Origin: Myxococcales bacterium
Lineage (GTDB): Bacteria > Myxococcota_A > Polyangia > Polyangiales > Polyangiaceae
Assembly: GCA_043747615.1 (NCBI GenBank)
Contig: JAYTOU010000060.1
Span: 1-64,000 of the forward strand
Direction of reading: 5' to 3'
Length of the DNA: 64,000 nt
Within the stretch, counting starts at the first letter, position 1. Every line of letters starts with the position of its first letter. Below are positions 62,740-64,000 of this stretch, one piece after another. The notes beneath the pieces are model-generated. The model was not told the origin of the DNA. It saw only the letters and a list, made by a program, of their open reading frames with translations, and did no database searches. A program made the position numbers and the translations under genes.

Positions 62740-63612
62740 CCAGCGCTGCGGCCGCGCACGAAGATCACGCACCCCGAGCGAATCGCACCACGCCTCGAAC
62801 ATGCCGCGCGGAACGCCCTTCCATTCGAGGTCTGCGAGCGACTCCTTCAGCGGCACGTCGTCGATGAGCGTCGCCAGCGTTCGGTAGAGGACGGCGACCT
62901 CGCGCGACGCGGCGAGCACCGGAGCCAGTCGGTCGGCGCCGCGGACGCTTGTGGGCCACGAGCGCGGATCATCGGGGATCGCTTCGAGATGCACGAACTT
63001 CGCGAGGAGCGCGCTCGCCGTCTTCTCGCCAAAACCGGGCAGACCGGGGAATCCGTCAGCCGCATCACCCTTCAGCGCGAGCCAGTCGGGGATGCTCGCG
63101 GGACCGATGCCGCGGGTGGCGATGAGCGCGTCTTCGTCGATCTCTTTCTTTCTCATGCGATCGACCTGAACGACGCGCTTGCCCCGCACCGCCTGTCCGA
63201 GGTCCTTGTCGGGCGTCATGATCCGCACCTGATCGACCTCGTCCGTCCACCGGCGCGCGGCCGTGGCGAGCGCATCGTCCGCCTCCCAGCGATCCATCGA
63301 CCACACGGTGATTCCGAGCGCGCGCGTTGCCGCTTCGGCGAGGTCGAATTGGGCGAGCAGGGCTGGCTCGACCCCCTCTTCTGTTTTGTAGCCAGGGTAG
63401 AGGTCGTTTCGAAATGAGCGAATCGGATTGTCGAAGGCAACCGCTACGTGGGTTACCTTCTCGTCCGCGTCGTGCAGGAGAGCAAGGAGAGACCAAGCGA
63501 GACCCACCGCGGCCTTCACGTCGCGGCCGTCCGGCGCGGTGTGGCTGGGTCTTTTCGCGTAGTGCGCGCGAAATAGCTCGTACGTTCCGTCGACGACATG
63601 AAGGTATTTCAT
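62722..63612 (-). CDS. Stand-alone 5'-3' exonuclease/flap endonuclease (PolI N-terminal-like)
   Basis: VDGTYELFRAHY, VAFD, FRNDLYPGYK, EADD, DKDLGQ, ALKGDAADGFPGLPGFGEKTA. Confidence 0.92.
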   Translation of the reverse strand: MKYLHVVDGTYELFRAHYAKRPSHTAPDGRDVKAAVGLAWSLLALLHDADEKVTHVAVAFDNPIRSFRNDLYPGYKTEEGVEPALLAQFDLAEAATRALGITVWSMDRWEADDALATAARRWTDEVDQVRIMTPDKDLGQAVRGKRVVQVDRMRKKEIDEDALIATRGIGPASIPDWLALKGDAADGFPGLPGFGEKTASALLAKFVHLEAIPDDPRSWPTSVRGADRLAPVLAASREVAVLYRTLATLIDDVPLKESLADLEWKGVPRGMFEAWCDSLGVRDLRARPQRWSAGTP

Positions 63613-64000
63613 CGAGCCAGTCTATCGAGGTGCTCGGCGACGTGCCGCGCGTTCATGGTCCCTTTGTAAACGTAGAGAGCGCCCGGTAGCTCGCCGTTGA
63701 GCACTTCTTCGCTCACCCGCAAACGCGAGCTCACCGCGAAGAGAATTTTTTCGACGAGCCCCGCCTGGACGAGCTCCACGCGCTGCCACACGGCGGCCCG
63801 ACTCCAGTAACCCATCACCTCTAGATAGATCCGATCTCGCGCCTCTTTGTCGCTACCTGTCCGCTCGAAAACCAGATCAGGCACGGTGAGGCCAACGCCG
63901 CGCAGCTCAAGAATTTTCGTGTTGGCCGAGACGCGCCAGCCGTTCTTGAGGAGACGGAATGCTCGAACGAAGGTCTCTACCTCGTCGGGGAGCGAGGGCT
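63609..64000 (-). CDS. DUF790 (Bax1-like) nuclease, C-terminal part; start is beyond the right edge
   Basis: Frame open to the edge: GWRVSANTKILELRGVGLTVPDLVFE...IYLEVMGYWS. Confidence 0.7.
   Translation of the reverse strand, partial: PSLPDEVETFVRAFRLLKNGWRVSANTKILELRGVGLTVPDLVFERTGSDKEARDRIYLEVMGYWSRAAVWQRVELVQAGLVEKILFAVSSRLRVSEEVLNGELPGALYVYKGTMNARHVAEHLDRLAR

Overview
A GC-rich 64-kb bacterial chromosomal segment. Gene content points to a myxobacterium (Polyangiaceae/Sorangiineae-like; inference from the many Cys-rich lipoproteins, the Ser/Thr kinase with an FHA-sigma54 activator, and the ECF sigma with a TPR partner). It is almost entirely coding, and I saw no rRNA, tRNA, CRISPR array, IS or prophage. 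Main blocks: a Che7-like chemosensory operon (hybrid kinase, cheY, cheA, cheW, soluble MCP, HEAT protein, cheR, cheB), an ECF sigma/lipoprotein module, pstSCAB-phoU with a Pho box, a kinase/FHA-EBP/TPR module, a long ICL2-type isocitrate lyase, fabH, aroC, a TetR/desaturase pair with a perfect operator, and a DUF790-5'-3' exonuclease pair at the right edge. The best candidate for an undescribed system is a three-gene cassette at 48.3-50.6 kb: a FeeM/LuxI-fold N-acyltransferase coupled to a heme-oxygenase-like diiron enzyme, divergent from a UbiA prenyltransferase. Other points of note are a Spo0M/arrestin-HEAT fusion, two decayed gene remnants, an unannotated 34-aa membrane protein, clustered sigma54 promoters and a recurring leaderless-promoter signature. 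All family assignments are by eye from motifs; no searches were run.
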